From Candidatus Omnitrophota bacterium (GTDB lineage Bacteria > Omnitrophota > Gorgyraeia > Duberdicusellales > 4484-171), in the NCBI GenBank assembly GCA_043823745.1, contig JBDRAN010000032.1:1-63096 (forward strand): a stretch of 63,096 nucleotides of DNA. Direction: 5' to 3'. Positions 39,796-48,903 of the stretch are shown in pieces (the first letter of the stretch is position 1; each line of letters opens with the position of its first letter). A program made the translations under genes and the position numbers. The notes under the pieces were generated by a model that did not search any database, was not told the origin of the DNA, and saw only the letters and a program-made list of their open reading frames with translations.

Positions 39796-39823
39796 ATGAT
39801 ACAAACTTTTACGTATTTGTCAA
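39796..39823 (-). promoter_or_regulatory. candidate sigma70 promoter ahead of ybgC
   Basis: On the minus strand, TTGACA (39823-18), a 16-nt spacer, then TATCAT (39801-39796). Confidence 0.4.
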
Positions 39824-39880
39824 AAGAATAATGCGGTAGTGGTTCGAATGGTTGGTGAAGCGGTGTATCCGCAAGGACGA

Positions 39881-42112
39881 TTATTGTCTTTTGTCAGCTT
39901 CGATAACCTGCAGGAAGGCGGTAACGATGCTCGGGTCAAACTGCGTTCCGGATCCCTCATTGATAATCTCCAGCGCTTTTTCCTTGCTAAAAGCCGGCCG
40001 ATAGGGCCGGTCGGAAACGAGCGCCTGGTATACGTCGGCAAGCGCAACGATGCGTGCTCCCAACGGAATTTCTTCCGCACGAAGACCATCGGGGTATCCG
40101 GTACCGTCCCAGCGTTCGTGATGATGTAAAATAAGAGGGACAAGGTCATGGAGCATTTGAACCGGTCGTATAATGTCGGCACCGATCCTGGGGTGCCTTT
40201 TTACTTCTTCGTATTCTTCCACGGTCAGCTTCCCTTCTTTCAGCAATATCTTTTCGCTGAGTCCGATTTTGCCAAGATCATGCAGCATCGCGGCTTTGCG
40301 GATAATTTCAATTTCAAGCTTGGCAAGGCCAAGCCTGCGGGCAATACCGGCGGCATAGCCAACGGTACGCTCAACGTGTTCCCCGGTATAATGGTCCTTA
40401 AGTTCAATGGTGCGCGCAAAGGCGAATACCGCCTCGATCAAACCCTGGTTTTCTCTCTTGGTAAGCTTCGCTATTTTCTTCTCAAGAATCACCATCTGAT
40501 TCTTATGAGGGATGACGATACGCGGCTGCTCATGATCCATGTCGATTGAGGAATAAATATTATTGCCGCCGCATTCCTTGGTTTTATTTAAAATACGCTC
40601 CGCCAGCTCAATAAGCTCGATTCCCTTGGTGACCGTATCTTCCGGATACGCCGCAACGCCAAGGCTTATTTTAAGCTTCACGGTATTCTTTTTGTCGCCA
40701 AAATTACAAATATTAATCACCTCAAGAATTCTTTGCGCCAGGCCCAACGCATTGGCGCGGTCAAGAGCAGGGCAAATGATAATAAACTCTTCTCCGCCGA
40801 AGCGAACGAGTATGTCGTATCTACGCACAATTTTCCGCAAATGACGCGCAAACTGTTTAAGGACGAGGTCGCCAAACGCGTAGCCATAGAGGTCATTAAT
40901 AGATTTAAAATAATCAATATCAACCATGATCGCTGATATTGCTTTATAATACCGTCGTGCCCGGAAAAATTCCTGTTCTATAACCGCATTTAAATAATTA
41001 TGATTAAAGAGGCCCGTTTGTACATCCCTGAGCGCAACCTGGCGAAGCTTACGGTTTGAGCGTTTAAGCTCGCGGTTCAGCAGGGCACGTTCAGTCTCTG
41101 TCCGCACGCGCTTAAGCGTATTGGCAAAGATGCTCCCTACTATTTTAAGTAGCGCGATTGTATTATCGGTCCATGTTTTTTCCTTGTGGGAGTCGAATCC
41201 CAGCACTCCGATAACATTTTGTTCACAAATCATAGGAATGCAAATCATGGTTTTTAATTTCAGTGTCGAGAATAATTGTCGCTCCAAAGTGGCGTCGTGC
41301 GGGAAATCATCAAGGTTCCTCACATGAATGATATCGCTATTGGTAATTTTTTTGGAGAACCACGGGTAATGACTGGCAGGAATCCCTTGCAGTGTTTCCA
41401 TTTGAGAAGATACCCCTGCGGCACACCACTCGTAGGTATTATCGGCTTTGGTATTGTTGTCGTACGTTAGCAATATATAGACGCGATCAACCCCCATGAA
41501 CATTCCGATTGCCCGCAGCGCTTCGCTGATTTCGCGATCGATATTGACGATTGCAATATTGGTGAAATTACTTGATATGGTTGTGATGAGCTTTTCAAAA
41601 AGCACATGTTGCATGAGTTGCGTCTCAATAGACCTGCGTTCGGTAACGTCACGCAGAACCGTAATCACGCGTTCAGCCACCCCGTTATTAAAAATGGGTA
41701 TTTTGCGCGTTTCGGTAAGGATTTTTTTGTTTCCGATGATGGTTTCCTCTTCGGTAACGAGAGTCTTTCCCGATTTAAAAACATGAACATATTCATCCTT
41801 CACCGCAGCGGGTAAAAACGGAAATACGTCAAAAACAGATTTACTCGTACAATCATCAATGACGATATGAAAGTTCTGAATCCACTGCTCAAATGGCTTA
41901 TTAAATAAAACAATGTTGAAATTCCGGTCGATTACGTGAATCGGGTCGCCCATAGAATCAAGCAAAACGCGATAATGCGCGTCGCTGGATACCGTGGGGT
42001 CATTGTTCAGAAGAATTTCTTCGGAGGTCGCACGATCAGAGCCGGTTGCTATAGCGGATTTCAGGCGACGGTTGCTTTTGTGGCGCACATGGGTTTTCTT
42101 CATATTCATCAC
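39881..42112 (-). CDS. PAS-GAF-GGDEF-HD-GYP multidomain c-di-GMP turnover protein
   Basis: 743 aa. The I-site RRYD lies 5 aa before GGEEF. The HD-GYP motifs are MLHDLGKI and HHERWDGTGYPDGL. Confidence 0.88.
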   Translation of the reverse strand: MMNMKKTHVRHKSNRRLKSAIATGSDRATSEEILLNNDPTVSSDAHYRVLLDSMGDPIHVIDRNFNIVLFNKPFEQWIQNFHIVIDDCTSKSVFDVFPFLPAAVKDEYVHVFKSGKTLVTEEETIIGNKKILTETRKIPIFNNGVAERVITVLRDVTERRSIETQLMQHVLFEKLITTISSNFTNIAIVNIDREISEALRAIGMFMGVDRVYILLTYDNNTKADNTYEWCAAGVSSQMETLQGIPASHYPWFSKKITNSDIIHVRNLDDFPHDATLERQLFSTLKLKTMICIPMICEQNVIGVLGFDSHKEKTWTDNTIALLKIVGSIFANTLKRVRTETERALLNRELKRSNRKLRQVALRDVQTGLFNHNYLNAVIEQEFFRARRYYKAISAIMVDIDYFKSINDLYGYAFGDLVLKQFARHLRKIVRRYDILVRFGGEEFIIICPALDRANALGLAQRILEVINICNFGDKKNTVKLKISLGVAAYPEDTVTKGIELIELAERILNKTKECGGNNIYSSIDMDHEQPRIVIPHKNQMVILEKKIAKLTKRENQGLIEAVFAFARTIELKDHYTGEHVERTVGYAAGIARRLGLAKLEIEIIRKAAMLHDLGKIGLSEKILLKEGKLTVEEYEEVKRHPRIGADIIRPVQMLHDLVPLILHHHERWDGTGYPDGLRAEEIPLGARIVALADVYQALVSDRPYRPAFSKEKALEIINEGSGTQFDPSIVTAFLQVIEADKRQ

Positions 42113-42359
42113 AGGTTACAACCCTATACGACGCTTTAGGGAACTGTCCTGCCTAGTATTAAAAAAACACCTATCAAAAACCCGGTAGAGTTTTTGTTTT
42201 TAGTAAGTTTGTATACCGATTAAGTATACCACATTTAATATAAAAAAACGAACAAATAGACGTAACGCATTGAAAGCCAATGGTTTAAAGACTTATTTGC
42301 GGGTAGAATATGATCAATTATTTATGGAAAGAAGTACTACGGGGGTATTATCGGCAGGA

Positions 42360-43982
42360 TTAAAAATACAAATCGCGTTCTCCGTTCTGAATACGCTTAT
42401 AATATTCAAGAAATTTTTGATAAAACGAGGGTAAAGAAGATTTGATCTCAGCGATCTCTCGAGTAAGAAGAGTGTCAGCAATACTTTTTGTTTCGGGGCT
42501 TGCGAAGTCATCGAGCCATTCGCGAAAAGTAAGCGCTGCATTAAGCTTGCAAAACTTACCTTCCTGACCACTGCGAAGCATTTCCATAATGCAATGCCCG
42601 GTTCTCTGACAGCGGTAACCGGCTGTGCAAAATGATGTAATATACCCCATCAGAGCTAATTCCTTAACGACTTCATCAAGGCTACGCACGTCACCCAGGA
42701 GGAACTGTTGGCGTTTCTCTTCCTGGATTTGAGAGCTCATCTTACTATACGCTCCCACCCCAATGCGACTTGAAGCATCGGTTTGCGTGATACCTAAATG
42801 AACGCACTCCCGGCGCATCCGTGAGTTTTCCCGCGCCGTAAGGATCATGCCGGCATAGGGAATCGCCAGTCGTAAAATAGATACTATTTTTTTAAAATCC
42901 CCATCACTGACCTTAAACGGCGATTTTTGAGACAAGGGGGTGTTATGCGCCGGTTCAAGGCGCGGAAACGATACTGTATGCGGGCCGATACCAAAATTCT
43001 TTTCAAGGTCAAGCGCATGGGCGACTAACCCCAGTATTTCAAAACGCCAGTTATAAAGCCCAAAAAGCGCTCCGATCCCTACATCCTCAATTCCGGAGCG
43101 TATCGCCCGATGCATGCTATAAAGGCGCCAGCGGAAATCGGATTTTGATGTTCCATGCGGGTGCAGCTCTTGGTAGCGAACTCGATGGTAGGTCTCCTGA
43201 AAAACCTGATACGTTCCGATTCCTGCCGCGCCCAGCTTTTTTAGGTCCTCCATGCCAAAAGGCGGGGCATTCACATTCACCCTGCGTATGGTGGCCGAGG
43301 TATTGCGTGGTGTTCGCGCCCGAGTGCCGTAAATTGCGCCAAGACTCTCGACAATATAATCAATATTACTGGTTGGATGTTCACCGTACACCGCGATGAG
43401 GCGCGTATGGCCGATAGTGCCCGCGAGCACGCGTACCTCGTCCTTAATTTCATCTAAACTCAACAGGGAACGCGTGATGCCGGTATTGCTAGTCCTGAAA
43501 CCGCAATAGTGACAGTCATTAAGACAGAAATTCCCCGTATAGAGCGGCGCAAAGGTAACAATGCGGTTATCATAAACCTTTTTTTTAACGTGCAGGGCCG
43601 CAGCGTTAATCTCTTCCCAGAGGGCCGGATCGGTTACATGAATGAGGGCGACGGTTTCTTCGAGGCTGAGCGAATGTATCGCGAGCGCTTTTTGGATAAT
43701 TTCCCGTATACGCGCGGCATCATGCGGTATGCCGGTGCGGCTTAGGAGCGCCGATATTTTTGCATCGTCGATAAAATCGCGGCCATCGGAAAGATATTCC
43801 GAGTATTCGTGTTCACGAATGCGCACGGGCCGCGAGCTCTTTTTAAAATCGTGTGTCGTACCCATATTCACCGCACCTCGTAGTTTTTTAGAAACTCGCA
43901 ATTTTTCGGGTAGCCGCCGTGCCCGCTGACGCAAGAGGCGCGCAATATTTTTTTGCCGTACCTGTACTTTTTGTCCTGCCAT
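42360..43982 (-). CDS. hydG: radical SAM tyrosine lyase, HydG-like ([FeFe]-hydrogenase maturase family; ThiH-related)
   Basis: Radical SAM motif CLNDCHYCGF. The C-terminal Cys cluster is FCTAGYRCQRTGHC...FC. An alternative start at 43865 (MGTTHDF) would drop the basic 39-aa N-terminal extension. Confidence 0.7.
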   Translation of the reverse strand: MAGQKVQVRQKNIARLLRQRARRLPEKLRVSKKLRGAVNMGTTHDFKKSSRPVRIREHEYSEYLSDGRDFIDDAKISALLSRTGIPHDAARIREIIQKALAIHSLSLEETVALIHVTDPALWEEINAAALHVKKKVYDNRIVTFAPLYTGNFCLNDCHYCGFRTSNTGITRSLLSLDEIKDEVRVLAGTIGHTRLIAVYGEHPTSNIDYIVESLGAIYGTRARTPRNTSATIRRVNVNAPPFGMEDLKKLGAAGIGTYQVFQETYHRVRYQELHPHGTSKSDFRWRLYSMHRAIRSGIEDVGIGALFGLYNWRFEILGLVAHALDLEKNFGIGPHTVSFPRLEPAHNTPLSQKSPFKVSDGDFKKIVSILRLAIPYAGMILTARENSRMRRECVHLGITQTDASSRIGVGAYSKMSSQIQEEKRQQFLLGDVRSLDEVVKELALMGYITSFCTAGYRCQRTGHCIMEMLRSGQEGKFCKLNAALTFREWLDDFASPETKSIADTLLTREIAEIKSSLPSFYQKFLEYYKRIQNGERDLYF

Positions 43983-43985
43983 TGG

Positions 43986-44147
43986 TTATTTTCCTTCTCG
44001 TACGGCGGTTAGAATATCATCCAGTTGCTTTGAAATTTTACGCAACAAGTCTAACTGCTCCCGTTGTGTGCGATCCTGTTTTTCCTGAATTTCTTTTGCC
44101 TGGGCTGCGAGCTTGGCCATGTCGCCGAGTTTATTTAGATCAAACAT
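43986..44147 (-). CDS. small coiled-coil protein, unknown function
   Basis: 53 aa from MFDLNKLGDMAKL, with AGGAGG 6 nt upstream. The ATG ORF extends to 44183. The stop lies 3 nt before the hydG ATG. Confidence 0.45.
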   Translation of the reverse strand: MFDLNKLGDMAKLAAQAKEIQEKQDRTQREQLDLLRKISKQLDDILTAVREGK

Positions 44148-44384
44148 CACTCCTCCTTTTGGACCGTTTGTCACGAGCATCATGCATTAATAATTATAAC
44201 GCGTACCGACAGGACACATCATGCGACATATCTCAGATCGTAGTGCCTGAAAAGCCCCCATATTACCACAGAAGCTACTTTAGAGAAAGGATATTTCAGG
44301 GGGCTCCGTGGCACGCCGGCGCATGTTTCGCTGTCGAGATCAATCGTGCGCCGATATGCGCTACGATCCGTGTGGCGTACCCTT

Positions 44385-45149
44385 TTAAGCACAGAGCGCG
44401 TTTGCCAACGCGACATACTGAGATAAAGAAATATTTTCGGCGCGTGCGCACGAGGCAATACCCAGAGATTTCAGTATTGTCGGATCCTCTATGAATGAAC
44501 GTAACGAGTTGCTAATTTTCTTACGCCGTTGACTAAACGCGGCGCGTACAATCGTGAATAGATGGCTCTCGTCAGAGGCACAGTGCGGTACCTGACGGTA
44601 GAACGTTATTTTAATAAACGTCGAATCAACTTTCGGAACCGGTGAAAATGCTCGCGCCGGGATATCAAATAATTTCTCGACGCGGGCGTAATACTGGATA
44701 TAGCAGGAAAGATACGAAAATGATTTTGTGGATACGCGCGCGGCAAGTTTATCGGCAAATTCACGCTGTACCGTAAGAAAGGCGCAGCTAAAAAAATGTC
44801 GGTTTGCAACTAAATATCTCATCAGATCGTTGCTGATGGCGTATGGGATGTTGCCGACGATAACCGGCGCCCGCGGCAAGCTTGAAAGGTCAAACGACCG
44901 TATATCCGCGTTCATGACCGTGAGTCGTGAATCGTGCTGGAAACGCTTGCCGAGAGCCTTTGCGAAACGCCCGTCAAGCTCCACACAATAAAGAAATTCT
45001 GTCCGTGTCAGGATACGTTCGCTGAGCGCCCCCAGCCCCGGACCGATCTCAAGGACAAGAGCGTTATCGAGCGGAAGGTGATCGACGATGCGCTGGATAT
45101 ATCGAACATCTGTTAGAAATACCTGTCCGAGTGAACGCGATTGTTTCAT
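44385..45149 (-). CDS. rsmA: 16S rRNA (adenine1518/1519-N6)-dimethyltransferase
   Basis: Carries LEIGPGLGALS (SAM binding) and GNIPY. Confidence 0.92.
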   Translation of the reverse strand: MKQSRSLGQVFLTDVRYIQRIVDHLPLDNALVLEIGPGLGALSERILTRTEFLYCVELDGRFAKALGKRFQHDSRLTVMNADIRSFDLSSLPRAPVIVGNIPYAISNDLMRYLVANRHFFSCAFLTVQREFADKLAARVSTKSFSYLSCYIQYYARVEKLFDIPARAFSPVPKVDSTFIKITFYRQVPHCASDESHLFTIVRAAFSQRRKKISNSLRSFIEDPTILKSLGIASCARAENISLSQYVALANALCA

Positions 45150-46069
45150 AATGATAGGCGGGCTGCAATTTTAATTGCCTGGGCCATCGACGTCCACGAC
45201 GGCGCGATACGTTGCCTTACCAGGTCAAATGCCGTACCATGTGCGGGTGACGTGCGGATTACCGGGAGCCCGAGTGTTACATTTACGCCATCACGAAACG
45301 AAAGAAGCTTAAAGGGTATCATTGCTTGATCGTGATAGAGACATACGATGCAGTCATACCGGTTGATATTCCGATGTAAGAAAAGGGTGTCGGCAGGGAA
45401 AGGCCCCGTGGCGCCACAGGCGCTTTTATGTATTGCGTCGCGCACAATAGTTTCCTCCCGCTCAAGAAAGGTATTGATTCCCGCATGCGGATTGAATGAA
45501 GCAACAACGATCCGGGGCCGGTTAATGTTAAAAAGCTTGATAAGCTCCTGGCGTACCTGGCGTAAGGCGAGACAAAGAGCCTCGCGCGTAATGAGCGCAG
45601 AAACTTTTCGTAATGCACAATGGCGCGTAAACAGGATAATTTTTAGTTTTCCCGACATCATAAGCATCTGCGCGTTTTTTACTCCAAAATAACGGGCTAG
45701 ATACTCGGTATGGCCTATAAACCGGGGCATATAAAGTTGCACCGCTTCCTTTGAAAGAGGTGCGGTTACCAGGCGAAACATCCGTTGTCTATCGAGTAAC
45801 TGGAGGGCTCCGGCAAGATACCGCAATGAAGCGTGGCCGGAAAGTTTTGTTGGATACCCTGACCGTAACCTTCGTATACCCGGCGTTTTCATGTCGATAA
45901 GGTCAAAACGGTTACGCAGCGCCGTATATCCCGGCACGCGCTCAAAAATAACCTTGTCTCCGACAACAAAAAAGTCGAACGGCTGTGCGCTTAAGTTCGC
46001 GATAGCCTCAAGGGTTATGCGAGGCCCACATCCTACGGGGTCACCGCTCGAGATAACGATCTCCTTCAT
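45146..46069 (-). CDS. pdxA: 4-hydroxythreonine-4-phosphate dehydrogenase
   Basis: Carries GHTEYLA and TSPAHGTAFD. Confidence 0.9.
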   Translation of the reverse strand: MKEIVISSGDPVGCGPRITLEAIANLSAQPFDFFVVGDKVIFERVPGYTALRNRFDLIDMKTPGIRRLRSGYPTKLSGHASLRYLAGALQLLDRQRMFRLVTAPLSKEAVQLYMPRFIGHTEYLARYFGVKNAQMLMMSGKLKIILFTRHCALRKVSALITREALCLALRQVRQELIKLFNINRPRIVVASFNPHAGINTFLEREETIVRDAIHKSACGATGPFPADTLFLHRNINRYDCIVCLYHDQAMIPFKLLSFRDGVNVTLGLPVIRTSPAHGTAFDLVRQRIAPSWTSMAQAIKIAARLSL

Positions 46070-46959
46070 TGATTATACATTTTGATGGTGGCTTTTTCTT
46101 TGAGGGAGGTAATCCACGCCTGGTAGTGTTCTCTAAATTTCTGAGTCCAGAGAAATGAGTGTATCCTTTCTTGTACGTCTTCAAACGTCAATTGCTTACC
46201 CGGTATTATTTTTTCAAAATATATCAAATGATCTTCCCCGTCAAACTTTTTAATAGCAAAACTACCTTCTTTGATCTGATTGAGCACCGATGCTACCTCC
46301 TCGCGTAAATCCTCTTTTGTCGTCTGGGTTTGAACGAGTAAGGCGCGAGAGCTTTTTTCAGCCTGCTCGATGCCCTGCTCGTTAATAAGCTCACCAAGGT
46401 CCGCTAAGTCATTTTTGTTGTTTGAAACGGCGATCCAAAGAACGTAGATATCAGGGGGAGAAAATTTATCGGGGTATTGCTGATAATAAAGGTGAACTTC
46501 GCTCGGCGAAATAGTAACGTATTGCCGAACGTATTTATCGATGACCTGGCGCGCCATGAACTGTTCACGAATGCGCTCCTTAAGGATTGTCATGGTGAGG
46601 CCCCGTTCAACGAGCGATGCCTCAAACTCCGGACGAGTCGGGTAGCTTGCTATCATTTCTCCAAGTCTCCCTTCCACCCAAGGAGTGGGAACTTCGATCT
46701 TTTCTTTTTGCGCTTGGGCAGCGATGAGCTTATCTTCGATCAACTTCCCCAGGGCTTCACTCCGAAAATTTTCATCGTTCGGCGAAATTTCGTTTTCCTG
46801 GTCCGCCAGCCGATATGCCAACATCTTGCAAAAATCATCGAGGTCCTTGGTTGTAATGATATAGTTGTTTACCTTCGCAATGATTTTATTTACTTCCTGC
46901 GCGTACGTGTACGATACCATAAGAAAACACAGCAATAACCATAGTGCTATTCTTTTCAT
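46066..46959 (-). CDS. surA: SurA-like periplasmic chaperone (parvulin part degenerate)
   Basis: It has a signal peptide and a SurA_N-like segment. The surA-pdxA-rsmA order is the same as in E. coli. Confidence 0.6.
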   Translation of the reverse strand: MKRIALWLLLCFLMVSYTYAQEVNKIIAKVNNYIITTKDLDDFCKMLAYRLADQENEISPNDENFRSEALGKLIEDKLIAAQAQKEKIEVPTPWVEGRLGEMIASYPTRPEFEASLVERGLTMTILKERIREQFMARQVIDKYVRQYVTISPSEVHLYYQQYPDKFSPPDIYVLWIAVSNNKNDLADLGELINEQGIEQAEKSSRALLVQTQTTKEDLREEVASVLNQIKEGSFAIKKFDGEDHLIYFEKIIPGKQLTFEDVQERIHSFLWTQKFREHYQAWITSLKEKATIKMYNQ

Positions 46960-47010
46960 CGTGCTCCTTCCCTTGCGTGGTAGTTATCCAAAGCTTCGCG
47001 GTGCTTTAGG

Positions 47011-48903
47011 TTAGCTCATTTCAACTCGAAACGCGTCTTTGAGGTATTCTATCTCTTTCTTAAGGAGGCGGCAATACAAATCAAAACCAACCATCCAGAC
47101 AAAACCATGCTGTTCTTTTCCGAGAATATTGCCGGCCCCGCGCAACTCAAGATCATTCATCGCGATCTCAAAACCCGATCCTAAATGTGAAAATTCCTCC
47201 ATTAACGCAAGGCGCCTGCGGGCTTCCTCCGGTATCGCTGAAAGTCGCGGTACCGCAAGATAGGCATGCGCCTGTACATCAAAACGGCCTACCCGGCCGC
47301 GCAACTGATGCAGATCGGCTAACCCAAACGTATGAGCATCGTTGATAATGATGGTATTTGCGCGGGGAATATCGATACCGGACTCAACAATTGCAGTTGA
47401 GAGAAGGCAATCGAGCCGTTGTTCGATAAAATCAAGCATGGTCCTTTCAATCTCCCGCACGCCCATGCGTCCGTGAATCACGCCGATACGTATGTTTGCG
47501 GGAAGGCTCTGACGTATTATCTTCTCGATCCGATGCAGGGTTTCAATGCGATTATGAATAATAAATACCTGCCCGTTACGTTTGACCTCCTGGAGTATGC
47601 TTTCCCGGCAGAGATGTCCCGAAAAATCGACTATTTTTGTTTTAACTGCCCGGCGCTCCTTAGGCGGTGTTTTAATGAGCGATATACCCTTGATACCAAT
47701 CAGCCCCATATAGAGCGTGCGTGGTATGGGGGTCGCGGTAAGGGTCAGAATATCTATGCCAACCTTCATTTTTTTTATTTTTTCCTTGTGGGCTACGCCA
47801 AACTTATGCTCTTCGTCAATAACCAAAAGGCCCAAGTCTTTAAAGGCTACGTCGTCTGAAAGAAGGCGATGAGTGCCCACAATAATATCTATTTTACCTG
47901 TCGCCAATTTCTGCAATATCGCTCTTTGCTCTCCCGTGGTGCGAAAACGAGAAAGCATCTCAATATTGACCGGATATTTTTGGGCGCGACCAACAAAATT
48001 GGTGTAATGCTGATAGGCTAAAATAGTTGTAGGAACGAGAAAGGCTACCTGTTTGGTGTCCATTACCGCTTTAAAAATCGCACGCATCGCGATTTCCGTC
48101 TTGCCGTAACCGACATCTCCGCAGACAAGCCGGTCCATACAGACGCCTTCCTGCATATCCTTTTTGACTTCGCCTATTGCCTTGGTCTGATCTTCGGTTT
48201 CGGTGTAGGGAAACGTTGACTCAAATTCTTTTTGCCATTCGCCGTCAGGAGAGTAACGAAATCCACCGATAAGTTTGCGTTGGGCCTCCATGCGCAGGAG
48301 TTGTAACGCAAAAACTTTGATGCCTCGTTCGACTCGTTCTTTTGTGCGCGCCCACCCTTTTGAGCCAAGCCTGTTTAACTGCGGTGCTTTTGAAGAAAAG
48401 GCTGAATATTTCTGAATAAGGTGCGCCGCTTCCTTGGCGACGTACAAGCTATCGCCCCCATCGTATCGTATTTCGAAATAATAATCCTCTTTTCCTTTTA
48501 CGGTTAATTTTTTAGCGCCATTAAATTTTCCGATACCATGCTGGCTATGCACCACATAATCGCCTTTTTTAACGCGCAACGCAGCTTCAAGCGGTAGGTC
48601 TTCGCTGGTGTAACGCCTCGATTTCTTTGAATGAGGGATTATGATGATGAAATCATAATCGATAATTTTTTTATTGCTGGCGGTATCAAAAGAGTAGATT
48701 TTACTGACCGTATCGAATTCCCATTCCAGACGCAGAGGAAAATTGAAGTTGACCGGAAAAACTTCGAGGGTATCGCCGTGGAGAGAAAAATCACCTTCCT
48801 CAGAGGCTTTGTCGACGCGGCGGTAACTCAGCTCAACCAGCTTTTTTTCGACACCCTCGAGCGATAGTGGCTTATGGGTGTAAATTTTGAGCGTATCAAA
48901 CAC
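47011..48903 (-). CDS. mfd: transcription-repair coupling factor, minimal form
   Basis: 630 aa. CarD/RID motif KGDYVVHSQHGIGKF, Walker A GDVGYGKTE, Walker B VIDEEHKFG, and a TRG-like C-terminus. It lacks the N-terminal D1a/D1b/D3 and the C-terminal D7 regions of the 1148-aa E. coli protein. Confidence 0.8.
   Translation of the reverse strand: MFDTLKIYTHKPLSLEGVEKKLVELSYRRVDKASEEGDFSLHGDTLEVFPVNFNFPLRLEWEFDTVSKIYSFDTASNKKIIDYDFIIIIPHSKKSRRYTSEDLPLEAALRVKKGDYVVHSQHGIGKFNGAKKLTVKGKEDYYFEIRYDGGDSLYVAKEAAHLIQKYSAFSSKAPQLNRLGSKGWARTKERVERGIKVFALQLLRMEAQRKLIGGFRYSPDGEWQKEFESTFPYTETEDQTKAIGEVKKDMQEGVCMDRLVCGDVGYGKTEIAMRAIFKAVMDTKQVAFLVPTTILAYQHYTNFVGRAQKYPVNIEMLSRFRTTGEQRAILQKLATGKIDIIVGTHRLLSDDVAFKDLGLLVIDEEHKFGVAHKEKIKKMKVGIDILTLTATPIPRTLYMGLIGIKGISLIKTPPKERRAVKTKIVDFSGHLCRESILQEVKRNGQVFIIHNRIETLHRIEKIIRQSLPANIRIGVIHGRMGVREIERTMLDFIEQRLDCLLSTAIVESGIDIPRANTIIINDAHTFGLADLHQLRGRVGRFDVQAHAYLAVPRLSAIPEEARRRLALMEEFSHLGSGFEIAMNDLELRGAGNILGKEQHGFVWMVGFDLYCRLLKKEIEYLKDAFRVEMS

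Noticed and set aside
39838-39862. GGTTCGAAT, a T-loop-like sequence suggesting a tRNA
   Set aside because: The flanking bases (GTAGT...GGTTG) cannot form the 5-bp T-stem. No acceptor or anticodon arms could be built on either strand.
39820-40182. 120-aa minus-strand ORF overlapping the 3' end of the GGDEF/HD-GYP gene in another frame
   Set aside because: It overlaps a strongly supported CDS and has no recognisable domain or ribosome-binding site. It is most likely an out-of-frame artefact.
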